This document shows positions 30,460 through 40,470 of a DNA stretch of 64,000 nt, piece by piece. This DNA is from Geopsychrobacteraceae bacterium (GTDB lineage Bacteria; Desulfobacterota; Desulfuromonadia; Desulfuromonadales; Geopsychrobacteraceae), in assembly GCA_963676795.2 (NCBI GenBank), contig CAXXTB010000002.1, positions 1,760,001 to 1,824,000 on the forward strand, read 5' to 3'. The position numbers and the translations under genes were made by a program. How positions within the stretch are numbered: the stretch's first letter is position 1; each line of letters opens with the position of its first letter. The notes below the pieces were generated by a model, which saw nothing but the letters and a program-made list of their open reading frames with translations, did no database searches and was not told the DNA's origin.

Positions 30460-30630
30460 ATGCAAAATACTGTTATCAGACTTAAAAACCTGTGTGAAAT
30501 ATTGATCAACATGGGCGTGACAAACACTCCCAATGAACAGGAAATCAAAAAAATGATTTCAGAACTTGAAACCATGATCATGAAGGAAATGGAATTACTC
30601 AAAGAACGCGAATCAATGTCTGATACTTAG
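30460..30630 (+). CDS. Hypothetical helical protein, 56 aa (absent from ORF track)
   Basis: MQNTVIRLKNLCEILINMGVTNTPNEQEIKKMISELETMIMKEMELLKERESMSDT*; RBS AAGGAG; AT-rich. Confidence 0.5.
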   Translation: MQNTVIRLKNLCEILINMGVTNTPNEQEIKKMISELETMIMKEMELLKERESMSDT

Positions 30631-30734
30631 GAGCCGTGGTGATTGAACTGAGGCCGACCCGATTTTCCGTACAGATGGCTATATCATAAAGACAAGAGGC
30701 AGGGCCTGCCTGAATCAGAGTCGCTAAATCATGC

Positions 30735-31967
30735 TCATAAAAACAGCTCTTCCTGCTCCCCCTTGATCCCCAGCCTGAGCATGGCGGATGCCAGAAAAAA
30801 GAAGGGTATTAACTGATCATTAGCTATCAATCCTTCAAGTAAAGCCTTATCCTTATCACTCAGCGGGAGAGGATGTTTCAAGCGAGCGAGGTCGTCGGCT
30901 GTCATCTTCCAGGGGGCCCAATCTATTCCGCAAGCCTGCCAGAGCTGACCGACCGTCAGCGCAATCCGGATTCCGGCCGGATCGGGATCGCAGGCAATTT
31001 GCGCCGGAGCGGGACAGAGTGTCAGCAAGTGAGCAACTGCGGTTTGCCACCAGGACGGCGGCTGTCCCGGCACCCAGAGAACCGCATCCCCCTCACCTGA
31101 CTGGCGGGCGAGCTTTTCAAAGCAGGTCTGATTCTCCACCACCTGCCAGCGCTGCACTCTGCCCTTTATTGCAGCTACGGAGGCAATCGTCTCCGGGGTC
31201 AGGGCGATAAAATCGGGGACAACCTTCAGATTCAGCTCGCCATCCGGCAGCTGTAGGCGTATCGGGGCACGCAGATAAAGGGTGGCGGTATGGCGGCCGA
31301 TGTTCCATTCTTCAAGATCGAGCCCGTCACTCAGCCACTGCCATTCGCTGCTGCTGAGCGCCTTGGTGTTGCCACGGGCAAACTGGGAAAAATCGCGGCG
31401 GGTTCCGAACAGTTGCTGTCCCTGCCACTGCTCCAGCGCCTGCAGAAGCTGGTGACGCTGAATCGCCCGTTCGGCAGGCATAGTTCCCAGATCCTGACTT
31501 AAGCGGGCAAGTTGCGGGTCGGAATATTCTGCTGAGCTGCTGAGCTGCTGATGTTTAATAGCGAGTTTGTCTCGATTCTTCAGACCAAGTCGTTCGCGCA
31601 GCTCCTCAAGGGCGAAAAATTCGATCTGGGTGAGCTCCCACACCCCGCGCCTGCGCTGCTCTTCAACCTCGATCCAGCCTGTGGCCAGCAGGTCCTGAAC
31701 CAGCGCATTGGCTGTAGTGAACCGATCCGAACCGGCCAGCTTCAACAATGCGGTCCAGCGCCGCACGGCGTTCTTTCCCTTGAGCCAGTCGCGCAGCAGC
31801 TGTTTCTGCGCGGGCAGCCATAGCTCGATATCCGCCTCACGCCTGTTCAGCGCCCTGCGCCTGCGCTTGCCACGCGCCGTAGTGACCGCGCCAACATCCA
31901 AATGCCGACAAACGATCCCCAGCACGTCCGGAGCAGACCAAAGCTGCTGACTATCCTCAGCGGCCAT
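30735..31967 (-). CDS. jetD: Wadjet JetD/MksG Toprim-type nuclease
   Basis: Toprim acidic motifs VVENQTCF and CDPDPAG, C-terminal GEQE; last gene of an operon with an SMC ATPase. Confidence 0.8.
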   Translation of the reverse strand: MAAEDSQQLWSAPDVLGIVCRHLDVGAVTTARGKRRRRALNRREADIELWLPAQKQLLRDWLKGKNAVRRWTALLKLAGSDRFTTANALVQDLLATGWIEVEEQRRRGVWELTQIEFFALEELRERLGLKNRDKLAIKHQQLSSSAEYSDPQLARLSQDLGTMPAERAIQRHQLLQALEQWQGQQLFGTRRDFSQFARGNTKALSSSEWQWLSDGLDLEEWNIGRHTATLYLRAPIRLQLPDGELNLKVVPDFIALTPETIASVAAIKGRVQRWQVVENQTCFEKLARQSGEGDAVLWVPGQPPSWWQTAVAHLLTLCPAPAQIACDPDPAGIRIALTVGQLWQACGIDWAPWKMTADDLARLKHPLPLSDKDKALLEGLIANDQLIPFFFLASAMLRLGIKGEQEELFL

Positions 31968-34749
31968 CGTCCCGCCCGCGCCTGATAAATGCGATCGGCG
32001 GTGCCCAGAGATCGGGATGACGGCGTTTCTGGGTCACCAGGGTCAGATCACTCGGTTTGAAAACGTTCATATTCTGGGTGTTGGGTGTGGTCAGCACGTA
32101 CTGGGCGCCACTTTCCAGCAGGAAGTTGCTGACCCGGTCGATGTTGAGGATATCCAGATGAGCGAAAGGCTCGTCGACAAAGACGAAACCGCCCCCCTCT
32201 TCCTTCTCCATCAGCAGGCCGATCAGCAGGATCAGCGACTTCATGACCTGCTGTCCGCCACTGGCCTCGTCGGAACTTTTCTGGTCAAAGCGGAAAGCGA
32301 CCTCCAGCCCGGCCCGGGTCAGGCTGATATCGTCGTTCTCCAGATGCGGCGGCGTGACGCTGATCTCGACATCGGCCAACTTGCCGAGCTTACGGATGTT
32401 GGCCGAGTAGAGCCGGACCGTCCCTTTCAAGACGTTGATATACTGCTCGCGGGCATTGTTGGTCGCTTCCAGGTGCATCGCATAATGAACCCGGCGCGCC
32501 TTAATAACCTCTTCACGGGTGCTGTGATCCTGTTCCATCTTGGCATGGATCGCTTCAACCGTTTCATCGGTCTCCCAGCTCCCTTCATCAAGCGACTTGC
32601 CGATCAGTTCGATCTCCTTGCGCACGTTGACCGCCTTACCGTATCTGGCAACAATCTCTTCCAGCGCCTGCTTCTCGCGCCAGGCCGACGGCATCTTGCG
32701 CCCGTTCTGCCGATAGTTTTTCAACCGCTGCAGCTGTTGCTGCTGAAGAGCGGTGATCTCTGTCAGACTGCTGTCCAGGTAACGCTGCTCGACCTCGGCC
32801 TCTTTCTCCTTAGCGGCGATATCGGCGCGGAACTGACCGACGATCCGGGTCAGTTCGGCCGTACGCCCCTGCAAGTCGGCCAGACTCTGAGCCAACTGCC
32901 CAACCTGCTCCTGCACATCGGGCCATTGCCGTTCGGCGTTGGCAAAGCTGTTCGCCTCGGCAAGCAACTGCTTGTCGGCATCAACCCCCTGAAGCAGACT
33001 GTCGATATGCTGACAGCGTTGCTCTGCCTGCTGAAGCTCAGAGGACTGGTGTTTCTGCCGATCACGCAACTCCTGAATCGCCGTCTCCAGTGCCTTAAGC
33101 TGCTCCTGGCGGGCGATCTCACCAAACTGAAACTCCTGCTGCTCAACACCGATATAGCGGCCGCCGCGCTGTTCGCGGTGATAGCCTTCCGAAGTGATCC
33201 AGTCCTGCCCGGCGGGCAGGCGATTGCCTTGCGTCACATCGACAACCCGCTCGATCCTGTCGAGCAGACGCGGCAGCCAGCTGGGGGGAGCCTGCTTGAA
33301 AGCGACAATCTCGAGCAGCGAATCACTGCGCCCCTTCCCTGCAGGCAGACGATCAGGCACGACAAAATGGCGGTATCTGTGCTTCTGCCCCAGGCTCCAC
33401 GCCTGCTGTTTGTCGGCTGCGTTCTCCAGCAGTACGACAAAGGCAAACGGCTTGAGAACCCCTTCGACCGCGGCTTGCCAGGCCGGATCAAGGACCTCGA
33501 CAATCTCGGTCAGCAGACAATGAGCAATCTGACTGTCTTCAAGAGCCTGACGGAACTTTTCGACAAAATAGGGCGCTGTCGTCTTGCCGGTGCGGCGCTC
33601 CTGCAGCGCCTTCTGCAGCTTGGCCAGCTCTGTTTTGACCGTTGCCGCGTCATGTTCAAGTGTCGCCATGCGCCGCAGCAGCTGCGCCTTCTCCTCAGCC
33701 AGCTGCAGACTGTCGATCCCCTGTGCCCGTTCCTCGGTCAGGGCCAACAGCTCAGCCTTTCTTTTCAGAACGGTTTCCAGCTCCCAGGCCCTGCGCGTAA
33801 GACTTTCAAATTCAGGTGTCAGAACACTTAACTTCTGCTGACAGTCTGCCTGCTCGGCACTGAAGCGCTGAAGCTGTGCCGCCAGCGCATTGCGGTCTGC
33901 CGTTATACTGCCGATCTCCTGTTGCTTGCGCTGAAGAGAGGAGTTCAGTTTGACGATTTTTTCCCGGCCAATACAGATCTGTTCCCTGAGTTCGGCCAGT
34001 TCGGCGCACGGCAGGATTTCAAATTCGAAATAGTTCAGCTCCTGCTTACGATTCTGCCATTCACGCAGACTGTTGACCCGTCCGCGCATATCGTTGAGGC
34101 GCACCCCGAGTGAGGCCAGATCGGTTTCCAGGCTGTCGAGCTCCTGTTTGGTTTCGGCCAGCTCATTCTTCGCCAGACGGTAATTCTCCAGGACCTCGCC
34201 ATCACCGAAGGAATCGAAAACCAGATCGAGCAGCTGCTTCGGGGAATAATCACAGAGTTTGTCGGTTGCCCCCTGCTCCAGGGCCAGCACCCGGCGGATC
34301 GCAGCGGTCACCCCGGCATTGGCCAGACGCAGCTGATAATCGCGCACACCGAGAAACCGGGCACCCTCTTGACTCAGCTCCTCGATCGAAACATCCCCTT
34401 CAGCAACAACATACTGACGGTTCCAGTCACCGCCGTTTTTCTGTATCCGGCAGGCCAGGGTAATGTTTTCCGCCATGGCCGGAAAAAACGGCAGCCGTCC
34501 GCTGTCGGAGCGTTCGTTGCTGACCACAGCGCGCAGCCAGGAGAAGGGCTTGTCGTTACGCCGCACGTAGCGTTTGAAATTTCGCCCCGAAGAACAGTCG
34601 ACGGCCAGCAAGGTCCGCAGCGCGTCGAGCAGGGTCGTCTTGCCGCTGCCGTTGGGGCCGACGATAGTGACAACATCGGCATCGAACGGCAGGGTGAAGC
34701 GTTCCCAGAAATCCCAGTGCACCACTTCCAGTGAACGGAACTTAAACAT
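31957..34749 (-). CDS. jetC: Wadjet JetC/MksB SMC-family ATPase
   Basis: Walker A GPNGSGKTT, long coiled coils around a central hinge, signature ASGGQ, Walker B/D-loop FVDEPFAHLD. Confidence 0.88.
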   Translation of the reverse strand: MFKFRSLEVVHWDFWERFTLPFDADVVTIVGPNGSGKTTLLDALRTLLAVDCSSGRNFKRYVRRNDKPFSWLRAVVSNERSDSGRLPFFPAMAENITLACRIQKNGGDWNRQYVVAEGDVSIEELSQEGARFLGVRDYQLRLANAGVTAAIRRVLALEQGATDKLCDYSPKQLLDLVFDSFGDGEVLENYRLAKNELAETKQELDSLETDLASLGVRLNDMRGRVNSLREWQNRKQELNYFEFEILPCAELAELREQICIGREKIVKLNSSLQRKQQEIGSITADRNALAAQLQRFSAEQADCQQKLSVLTPEFESLTRRAWELETVLKRKAELLALTEERAQGIDSLQLAEEKAQLLRRMATLEHDAATVKTELAKLQKALQERRTGKTTAPYFVEKFRQALEDSQIAHCLLTEIVEVLDPAWQAAVEGVLKPFAFVVLLENAADKQQAWSLGQKHRYRHFVVPDRLPAGKGRSDSLLEIVAFKQAPPSWLPRLLDRIERVVDVTQGNRLPAGQDWITSEGYHREQRGGRYIGVEQQEFQFGEIARQEQLKALETAIQELRDRQKHQSSELQQAEQRCQHIDSLLQGVDADKQLLAEANSFANAERQWPDVQEQVGQLAQSLADLQGRTAELTRIVGQFRADIAAKEKEAEVEQRYLDSSLTEITALQQQQLQRLKNYRQNGRKMPSAWREKQALEEIVARYGKAVNVRKEIELIGKSLDEGSWETDETVEAIHAKMEQDHSTREEVIKARRVHYAMHLEATNNAREQYINVLKGTVRLYSANIRKLGKLADVEISVTPPHLENDDISLTRAGLEVAFRFDQKSSDEASGGQQVMKSLILLIGLLMEKEEGGGFVFVDEPFAHLDILNIDRVSNFLLESGAQYVLTTPNTQNMNVFKPSDLTLVTQKRRHPDLWAPPIAFIRRGRDDGR

Positions 34750-35422
34750 CGAGATCCTCCTCGTCCGGATTGGCCTCTTCGGTGTTCAGGCTGGCGGCCA
34801 GATCCCTGCCGAGCAGATCCTGAAGAGCCCCGCCAAGGACCCGTTCAGCCAGCTGGTTGTAGTCGAGCACCAGGTCGAGTAGCGGCCCTTCATAGATCAT
34901 CTCGCGCTGGCGGACGATAAAACCGTTGCGGGCGAGCAGACTCAGGTTGCCGTCGATCCGGGTTTTACGGCCGAGCAGTTCGCCGAAATCGGCGATCAGG
35001 GCGTTGCGGCTGACCGGCGCGGAAACGCTGCTTCCCGTCTCCAGCGGCTTTTCATCGGCAAACAGCTCGTCCTGATTCTCGTCCACCGTCTTGCGCTCGA
35101 TCTGGCGCTGTCGCTTTGGCAGAATAATCAGAGCCCAGAGTACCATCAGCAGGGCAATGCCATCGCGCCCCAATCCCAGGGTATTAGACAGCCAGGCATC
35201 GCCGCTGCCCATCACCGGCTGCTCCATGTCACGGTCAAGCACCAGGCAGACATGGTCACAATAGGGATTTTCAAGAAATTTCAAACCACTCATTTTGAGC
35301 CGTTGCTCCAGTTCCTGACGGAACGCTTCGTCCGTCAGGGCGCGGACAACCAACGCATCGTCGCGGCGCAGGGCCTGATTTGCCATCAGCCTGGCCGTCA
35401 GGGTACGCAGTTCAGTCTCCAC
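34742..35422 (-). CDS. jetB: Wadjet JetB/MksE KITE-like subunit
   Basis: ~226 aa with a winged-helix-like C-terminus (LSLLARNGFI...IYEGPLLDL); lies between the kleisin-like and SMC genes; GTG start with AAGGAGG. Confidence 0.72.
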   Translation of the reverse strand: METELRTLTARLMANQALRRDDALVVRALTDEAFRQELEQRLKMSGLKFLENPYCDHVCLVLDRDMEQPVMGSGDAWLSNTLGLGRDGIALLMVLWALIILPKRQRQIERKTVDENQDELFADEKPLETGSSVSAPVSRNALIADFGELLGRKTRIDGNLSLLARNGFIVRQREMIYEGPLLDLVLDYNQLAERVLGGALQDLLGRDLAASLNTEEANPDEEDLDV

Positions 35423-36707
35423 CTTTTTCCTCCTTAACGGCTCTTGTCCGTAACAGACGGCCGTCACTCATATCTTTAATTCCATGCTGATCTAGGGTCA
35501 CAGGCTGTGCAGAGATCTGCAGACGCAAGCCATTCCGGATAAATTCACCGATAGGCCCGGCCAGCCTGGCGGGATTTTCATCCCCAAGCAGAGAGACCAT
35601 CGACAGCCGATAACAGGCCTGCTCGAAGGTCTCAAGCGGAATCACATCCGTCAGGAATGCCTCTGCAGCAATCAGATCCAGCCTCTGCTGCAGGTCTTCA
35701 AGATGACGGTAGTCATCGGGCTGATCGGAAATGTCCTGCACCAGGGGGGCACTGTGCTGAGGCGGCAGAGTCGATTCCTCTTCAGCGCTGCGCACCCGCT
35801 CAACCAGCTCGTATTCAGCCACATCGAGACAGATATCTCCGAGCACAAAGCCCTTCTTCTGAGCGATCCGCGCACTACCGGAGAGCATATGTGCCAGTTG
35901 ATCTGTCGACTTCCCCCTCAGCCAGCGGTTGATATCAGCCGACGAAAGCCCACTTGCGCCAAGATGAACCTTCTGCCGTTCCATCTGGTTGAGGGTGCGC
36001 TGAAAAACCGACGACATGCGCAGCATGCGGCTCTGCACCTGACCGATCTTCTGCGCCACCCGGTGGGTCGCCAGGTCGACATGCTGCTGGTCGGCAGTGA
36101 TCAGACGGATGATCTCCGTCCCCTTTTCCACCCAGGCGAGCACTGAGTTGAGCTTCGCTTCAGCCTTCTCGATCCGGCTGACCGAGGCCGAGACAACCGC
36201 CTTATTGAATTCATCCTGCAGTTCATTGAGACGTGAAAGCAGATGCTGCAGATCCTCTTCGGCGACCATCCCGACCGCCTGCCCGGCAGCCAGCTGCGAG
36301 TTGATATAACCGATCTCACCGCCCTCATCGGCACCGAATTTAAGCAGGGTCGACAGTGCGGACAGCGCCATCCGCCCTTCCGAACTGATCTGATAATGAG
36401 ACGATTCGCTGTCCCAGACCAGCAGGTTCTTAGCGCGCAAACGGTGCAGAACGGTATTAAGTTTGGTTTCGTCCAGGTAAGCGAAATGGCTTCTTAACTG
36501 CTGCATGCTCCAGTGCGGAGCCTCACCGCGATTGCCGATTTCACGCAGCACCAGCAGACGCACCAGTACCTCCTCCTCGCCACCGTGGAACAGCGCGGTA
36601 AAAGCCGCCAGCGACTCTTGAGCCTGTAACAGCGGAAACAGTGCAGGCAGGTCCTCTGGCAACACACCGGGACGAAAGAAGTTTTCTGTAAGTAGATCGA
36701 GATCCAT
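35412..36707 (-). CDS. jetA: Wadjet JetA/MksF kleisin-like subunit
   Basis: ~431 aa with an N-terminal wHTH (LNTVLHRLRAKNLLVWD...YQIS) and a helical bundle; first of four overlapping genes. Confidence 0.72.
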   Translation of the reverse strand: MDLDLLTENFFRPGVLPEDLPALFPLLQAQESLAAFTALFHGGEEEVLVRLLVLREIGNRGEAPHWSMQQLRSHFAYLDETKLNTVLHRLRAKNLLVWDSESSHYQISSEGRMALSALSTLLKFGADEGGEIGYINSQLAAGQAVGMVAEEDLQHLLSRLNELQDEFNKAVVSASVSRIEKAEAKLNSVLAWVEKGTEIIRLITADQQHVDLATHRVAQKIGQVQSRMLRMSSVFQRTLNQMERQKVHLGASGLSSADINRWLRGKSTDQLAHMLSGSARIAQKKGFVLGDICLDVAEYELVERVRSAEEESTLPPQHSAPLVQDISDQPDDYRHLEDLQQRLDLIAAEAFLTDVIPLETFEQACYRLSMVSLLGDENPARLAGPIGEFIRNGLRLQISAQPVTLDQHGIKDMSDGRLLRTRAVKEEKGGD

Positions 36708-36916
36708 GTATGTCCGTTTAAGTAGAAAAAACTCAGCCGAGATTACCATTAGAGACATGACCGCAAAACGAAGGGCTCATTATACACATCTCATCAGCTT
36801 CAGCCAGATTGAAATCATCATCCATAACTGCATTTCCGGGCTTTATCTGATGGGCAGGGAGTTTCTTCCGGCTGGTGGTTGCAGATCAATCCATAACAAG
36901 GTGCCGGGATATATCA

Positions 36917-37609
36917 TCAATGACGTTCTTCCTTCCACGGATCAGCAGAGTTGCTGAAGCCACGAGTCTCCCAAAAACCCGGCTCATCGTGGACACTGAC
37001 CCTGACGGCTTCAAGCCATTTGGCGCTTTTATAGAAATAACGATCCGGGATCAGCCCACGCACAGGAGCCCCATGTGCATGCGCCAGTCTTTCGCCGAAG
37101 AAGCTGTGCGCCAGGATCACGTTCTCCTTGCGGGCCTCCGTGATGGGAATATTGCTTGAGTAGCCTTCGGCCGCTTCAAGAATAACGAAACCGTCTGCGT
37201 GTCGAGGCCTGGCCATATCTATGATTGTCGCAAGGCGGACGCCACGCCACCGGGAATCGAGCAGGGTCCAGCCGGTCACACAGTGGACATCGCAGACAAT
37301 ATCCACCTGTCCCAGGCTGAGCAACTGAGGATAGGAAAGAACAAGGGACCTCTCCACATCGCCATAAATCCGCAAACTCCAGTCGGAGGTCGTCGCAGTT
37401 CCCGGGACACCGCCCATGTCGGGAAGTCTTTCAACGGCAACCTGCCCCGGGGGAAGACGGGGACGACCGTCAGGCCTGACATCACTTGCCAGAGCCACCT
37501 GCCTGGCCTCTGAGAGCTTGATGAAAGAACCGGGCAGCCCGATACTGATAATTGCACCGCCTGCCGCGGTCAAAAGAGTACGTCTGGATAATTTGAGGTC
37601 TTTTTGCAT
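36917..37609 (-). CDS. Tat-exported molybdopterin oxidoreductase (sulfite oxidase/MsrP-like)
   Basis: SRRTLL Tat motif; RLPPGQ, DVHCVTGW, WRGV, HGAPVR, YFYKSAKW, GFWETRGF..ADPWKEER. Confidence 0.88.
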   Translation of the reverse strand: MQKDLKLSRRTLLTAAGGAIISIGLPGSFIKLSEARQVALASDVRPDGRPRLPPGQVAVERLPDMGGVPGTATTSDWSLRIYGDVERSLVLSYPQLLSLGQVDIVCDVHCVTGWTLLDSRWRGVRLATIIDMARPRHADGFVILEAAEGYSSNIPITEARKENVILAHSFFGERLAHAHGAPVRGLIPDRYFYKSAKWLEAVRVSVHDEPGFWETRGFSNSADPWKEERH

Positions 37610-37836
37610 AACCACTCCACGTTACAGGTTCGTCTCACACCTCCACCCTGACCTGCCTTTCCTTTTATTCTTCAGGTTGTTGCAGGAAGATTGCAACATC
37701 TGTGGGCAAATTTCATCATCAGCTCCAGGCAAAATAGTCACGGAAATCAACCTAAAAAACAGGACCTTGGCTAATCTTACAAATCTTTTCTGTAAATTCA
37801 GGCAGATGGACAACTATAAGAAAATGCCTTGCAAAC

Positions 37837-37852
37837 TGGCACACGCCTTGCT
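37837..37852 (+). promoter_or_regulatory. Sigma54 (-24/-12) promoter
   Basis: TGGCACACGCCTTGCT matches TGGCAC-N5-TTGC with exact GG-N10-GC spacing. Confidence 0.8.
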
Positions 37853-37898
37853 CTATAAATTGTCTTGATCATCAGGACATTCCCGGAAGGAGGACAAC

Positions 37899-38108
37899 AT
37901 GGCGAGTCAAAACAGCGAAGCTCACAGCTGGCAGAATCAGGCGTCTCCAACCAACAGAACAAAAGTCACCGGTTCTTCACGCTTTGTAGCGAAATCGTTT
38001 TATCAGGAAATGAAAAGAAACGGTTTCAGTAGCAATGAAATCCTGGATGTCTCCTGCGAGATTCTGGGATTGGTGACCAGTGAACTGATAGAGACACGAC
38101 AATCCTGA
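37899..38108 (+). CDS. Hypothetical small protein (69 aa)
   Basis: Strong RBS AAGGAGG; amphipathic helices AKSFYQEMKRNGFSSNEILDVSCEILGLV; directly after the sigma54 promoter. Confidence 0.75.
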   Translation: MASQNSEAHSWQNQASPTNRTKVTGSSRFVAKSFYQEMKRNGFSSNEILDVSCEILGLVTSELIETRQS

Positions 38109-38145
38109 CACAGACAAAAAATCTGCTTCTGAAAACACTCTACCC

Positions 38146-38237
38146 TATTAGATTCGTGACCACCTGGCGTGCCAGGTGCTCGCAGTAATCAATGATTTTC
38201 AATGACCGGGGTTCCAGCCTTTGAGAAAACGGTGAAA
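38146..38237 (-). pseudogene. Remnant 3' end of a phosphotransferase gene homologous to 39285-40266
   Basis: Reads [12 protein letters not shown](fs)KIIDYCEHLARQVV versus [27 protein letters not shown]; exact 25-nt match 38213-38237 = 39362-39386. Confidence 0.8.
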
Positions 38238-38357
38238 TTGATCTGATTGAAACCATGCCGCGTTGCAAGGCTTGCCCCCCATAGATTCAACGCTGCCCGA
38301 TTTTATGGATTCGGAGAAGAACCAAGTCCTCCAAACCTCGCACGGATGCTAATTTAA

Positions 38358-38385
38358 GAAGGGCTCGCTGATCAGCGAGCCCTTC
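38358..38385. terminator. Palindromic hairpin, possible terminator
   Basis: GAAGGGCTCGCTGATCAGCGAGCCCTTC is a perfect palindrome. Confidence 0.5.
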
Positions 38386-38528
38386 CTGATGCCAAGCTCT
38401 GAACTTTTCAACCTATTGAAAATAAATAACTCTACCTTTTATAAAGATTAAAAGAAAATTGACACCGACCGTAAAGACCACTATAAAATCTTCATCAATT
38501 TAATTTCTATAACTACAATGGAGGCCAC

Positions 38529-39188
38529 ATGAAACTCAAAAATCTGAAAAGCACACTTCTTATCCTAATCATTCTCTCCTTCACAACTCAATCTGCATTC
38601 GCTTCAGATAATAAAATTTCGATTGGAATGCATATCACCCACACACAATTTCAGGATGATTCCGTCAATCTTTTTAACACAGATTTTGATACAGAATTTG
38701 ATAGTACTACTGGCTTAATGGTCGACTTTATCTACAGCTTCACTAAAGCATTTTCTCTTGGACTAGGAATTGGATATCTCAAAACTGACATGGAAGTCAG
38801 TGAAGGGATTTTCACTGGCGGATACGCTGAACTACAACAAATTCCTTTGCAACTAACCGCCCTGTATCGTTTTGATCTTAATAAAGTTGCACCTTATATC
38901 GGCGCAGGTATCGGTTACTACCTCAATTCAATGGACCGGAATGATAGCGACGAGGCTTTCTTTGATGGGGCACCGGATGGCGTTAAAGCTGTTGCCGATG
39001 ATGCTTTCGGCTACCATGTTGCTCTTGGATTAGATTACTTAATCACTGAAAAGATCGCCATGAATTTGGATCTTAAATACGTTTGGTCTAAAACGGATAT
39101 AGGCTTCAAAGGGGCTGGCTACGATGATATTCATTCAACCAAGCTGAATGCTTTTTCCCCATCTATCGGCATCAAATACCTCTTTTAA
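38529..39188 (+). CDS. OmpW-family / outer-membrane beta-barrel protein
   Basis: Signal peptide, IPLQLTALYRF, PYIGAGIGY, FGYHVALGLDY, NLDLKY, C-terminal IGIKYLF; visibly AT-rich. Confidence 0.85.
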   Translation: MKLKNLKSTLLILIILSFTTQSAFASDNKISIGMHITHTQFQDDSVNLFNTDFDTEFDSTTGLMVDFIYSFTKAFSLGLGIGYLKTDMEVSEGIFTGGYAELQQIPLQLTALYRFDLNKVAPYIGAGIGYYLNSMDRNDSDEAFFDGAPDGVKAVADDAFGYHVALGLDYLITEKIAMNLDLKYVWSKTDIGFKGAGYDDIHSTKLNAFSPSIGIKYLF

Positions 39189-39195
39189 AACTTCG

Positions 39196-39231
39196 CTCCC
39201 ATGAACCCTTTATTGTGTCGGGTTCATGGGA
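39196..39231. terminator. Hairpin terminator between convergent genes
   Basis: CTCCCATGAACCC...GGGTTCATGGGAG 13-bp inverted repeat. Confidence 0.7.
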
Positions 39232-39284
39232 GTGTCATGTCGATGGATGGGGCTAAATCTGTCCTTACCCGTACGTTCTTTTCT

Positions 39285-40266
39285 TCAATACCTTGTCAGA
39301 TCCTTGACCACCTGTCGTGTAAGGCGCTCGCTATAATCATTGATCTTCCAATGGCCGGGGCTCCAGCCTTTGAGAAAACGGTGAAAATCGGTCCAGGCCA
39401 GCGGAAAAAGCTGGCACCATTCCCCTTCGACCTCGGCTGCGTCGATATGCTGCTGACGTTTTTCCAGAGCAACCCGCAATTCACTAAAGTAGGTGTCAAG
39501 CAACCAGCCTTCCAGCTGTTCACAGTCGGTTTCAGAGAGACAACTGCCGATGAAATAGGCCACATCCTTCATGCCACAGCCCCCGCCCACATACTGAAAA
39601 TCGACCGCCGCCACCTACCGGCCATCGGCCGAAAAACAGAAGTTTGCCAGCTTGGCATCGCCATGAACAAGGGTCTGAAAACGTGCCTCTTTCAACGTCC
39701 GGTCGATCAGCGGTGCCGCAGCCTTCAAAGACAGATCTGTAAGCGCTTCAAGTTCATCGGGGTGGGTCTCCAGATGCCAGTAGGTTCCTAGTGCCCAGAG
39801 TCCGTCCGAGGCGGTCCCCATGAAGGTTGCATGAAAGTGCGCCAGCCATTTCAGACAGGCGACGATCTCCCCCCTAACCACTTCGTCCAGTCTAAGCGGA
39901 TAAGCCTGCCGTATCCAGATCCTCCAGCACTATCAGGGTTTCTTCGCCGCGCTGCGCCACCGCCAGACAGTGTGGAACAGGGCACAAATCAACACAGAGG
40001 TTGGCAAACGACCTGTACCAGGCGATTTTCACCTGGTACGAATGAATCTTGCGCTGATGTGAGCGATCGGTATTCCAGCCCCGCGGGTGACCTGTGTCGT
40101 CCTGCAGACGCACATGCTTCACAACCACCGAAGGCCGGACAGCCCCGGTCAGGCGATAGCGCATGATCGCTCCATAGCCGCTCCACAACTCCTGAATGAT
40201 TTCAATCAGTTCAATCTGCGTTGCGTCGGTTGCCTGTTTGATGATGTCAGGAAAATCTTTATGCAT
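39285..40266 (-). pseudogene. APH/choline-kinase-like phosphotransferase, disrupted by a frameshift (~39902) and an in-frame TAG (39615-39617)
   Basis: [31 protein letters not shown] motifs spread over three ORF fragments. Removing one T near 39902 gives [15 protein letters not shown]. Confidence 0.85.
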
Positions 40267-40470
40267 ATATCAGTGTATCTTATGTGAAGGCTGAAAAAGA
40301 TCGTCGGCCCTACTTGGACAGATTCCCTTGGTTCAGACCTTGCTTCGTCAAGACAGCCCAGGAAGAGGTCATTAAATATAAACTATATCCGTTAGTCAAT
40401 GTTATAGAACCCCTCTATAATCATGTGATATTATTACGTTATGAATTTTCCCTCAGAAAAGGAGCTGCCT

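Noticed and set aside
32017..33831. 604-aa + strand ORF
   Set aside because: Entirely antisense to jetC with no motifs; a shadow ORF from codon bias.
39615..39617. Pyrrolysine or programmed read-through at the in-frame TAG
   Set aside because: The same gene also has a frameshift and no pyl genes are in the window; simple decay is more likely.
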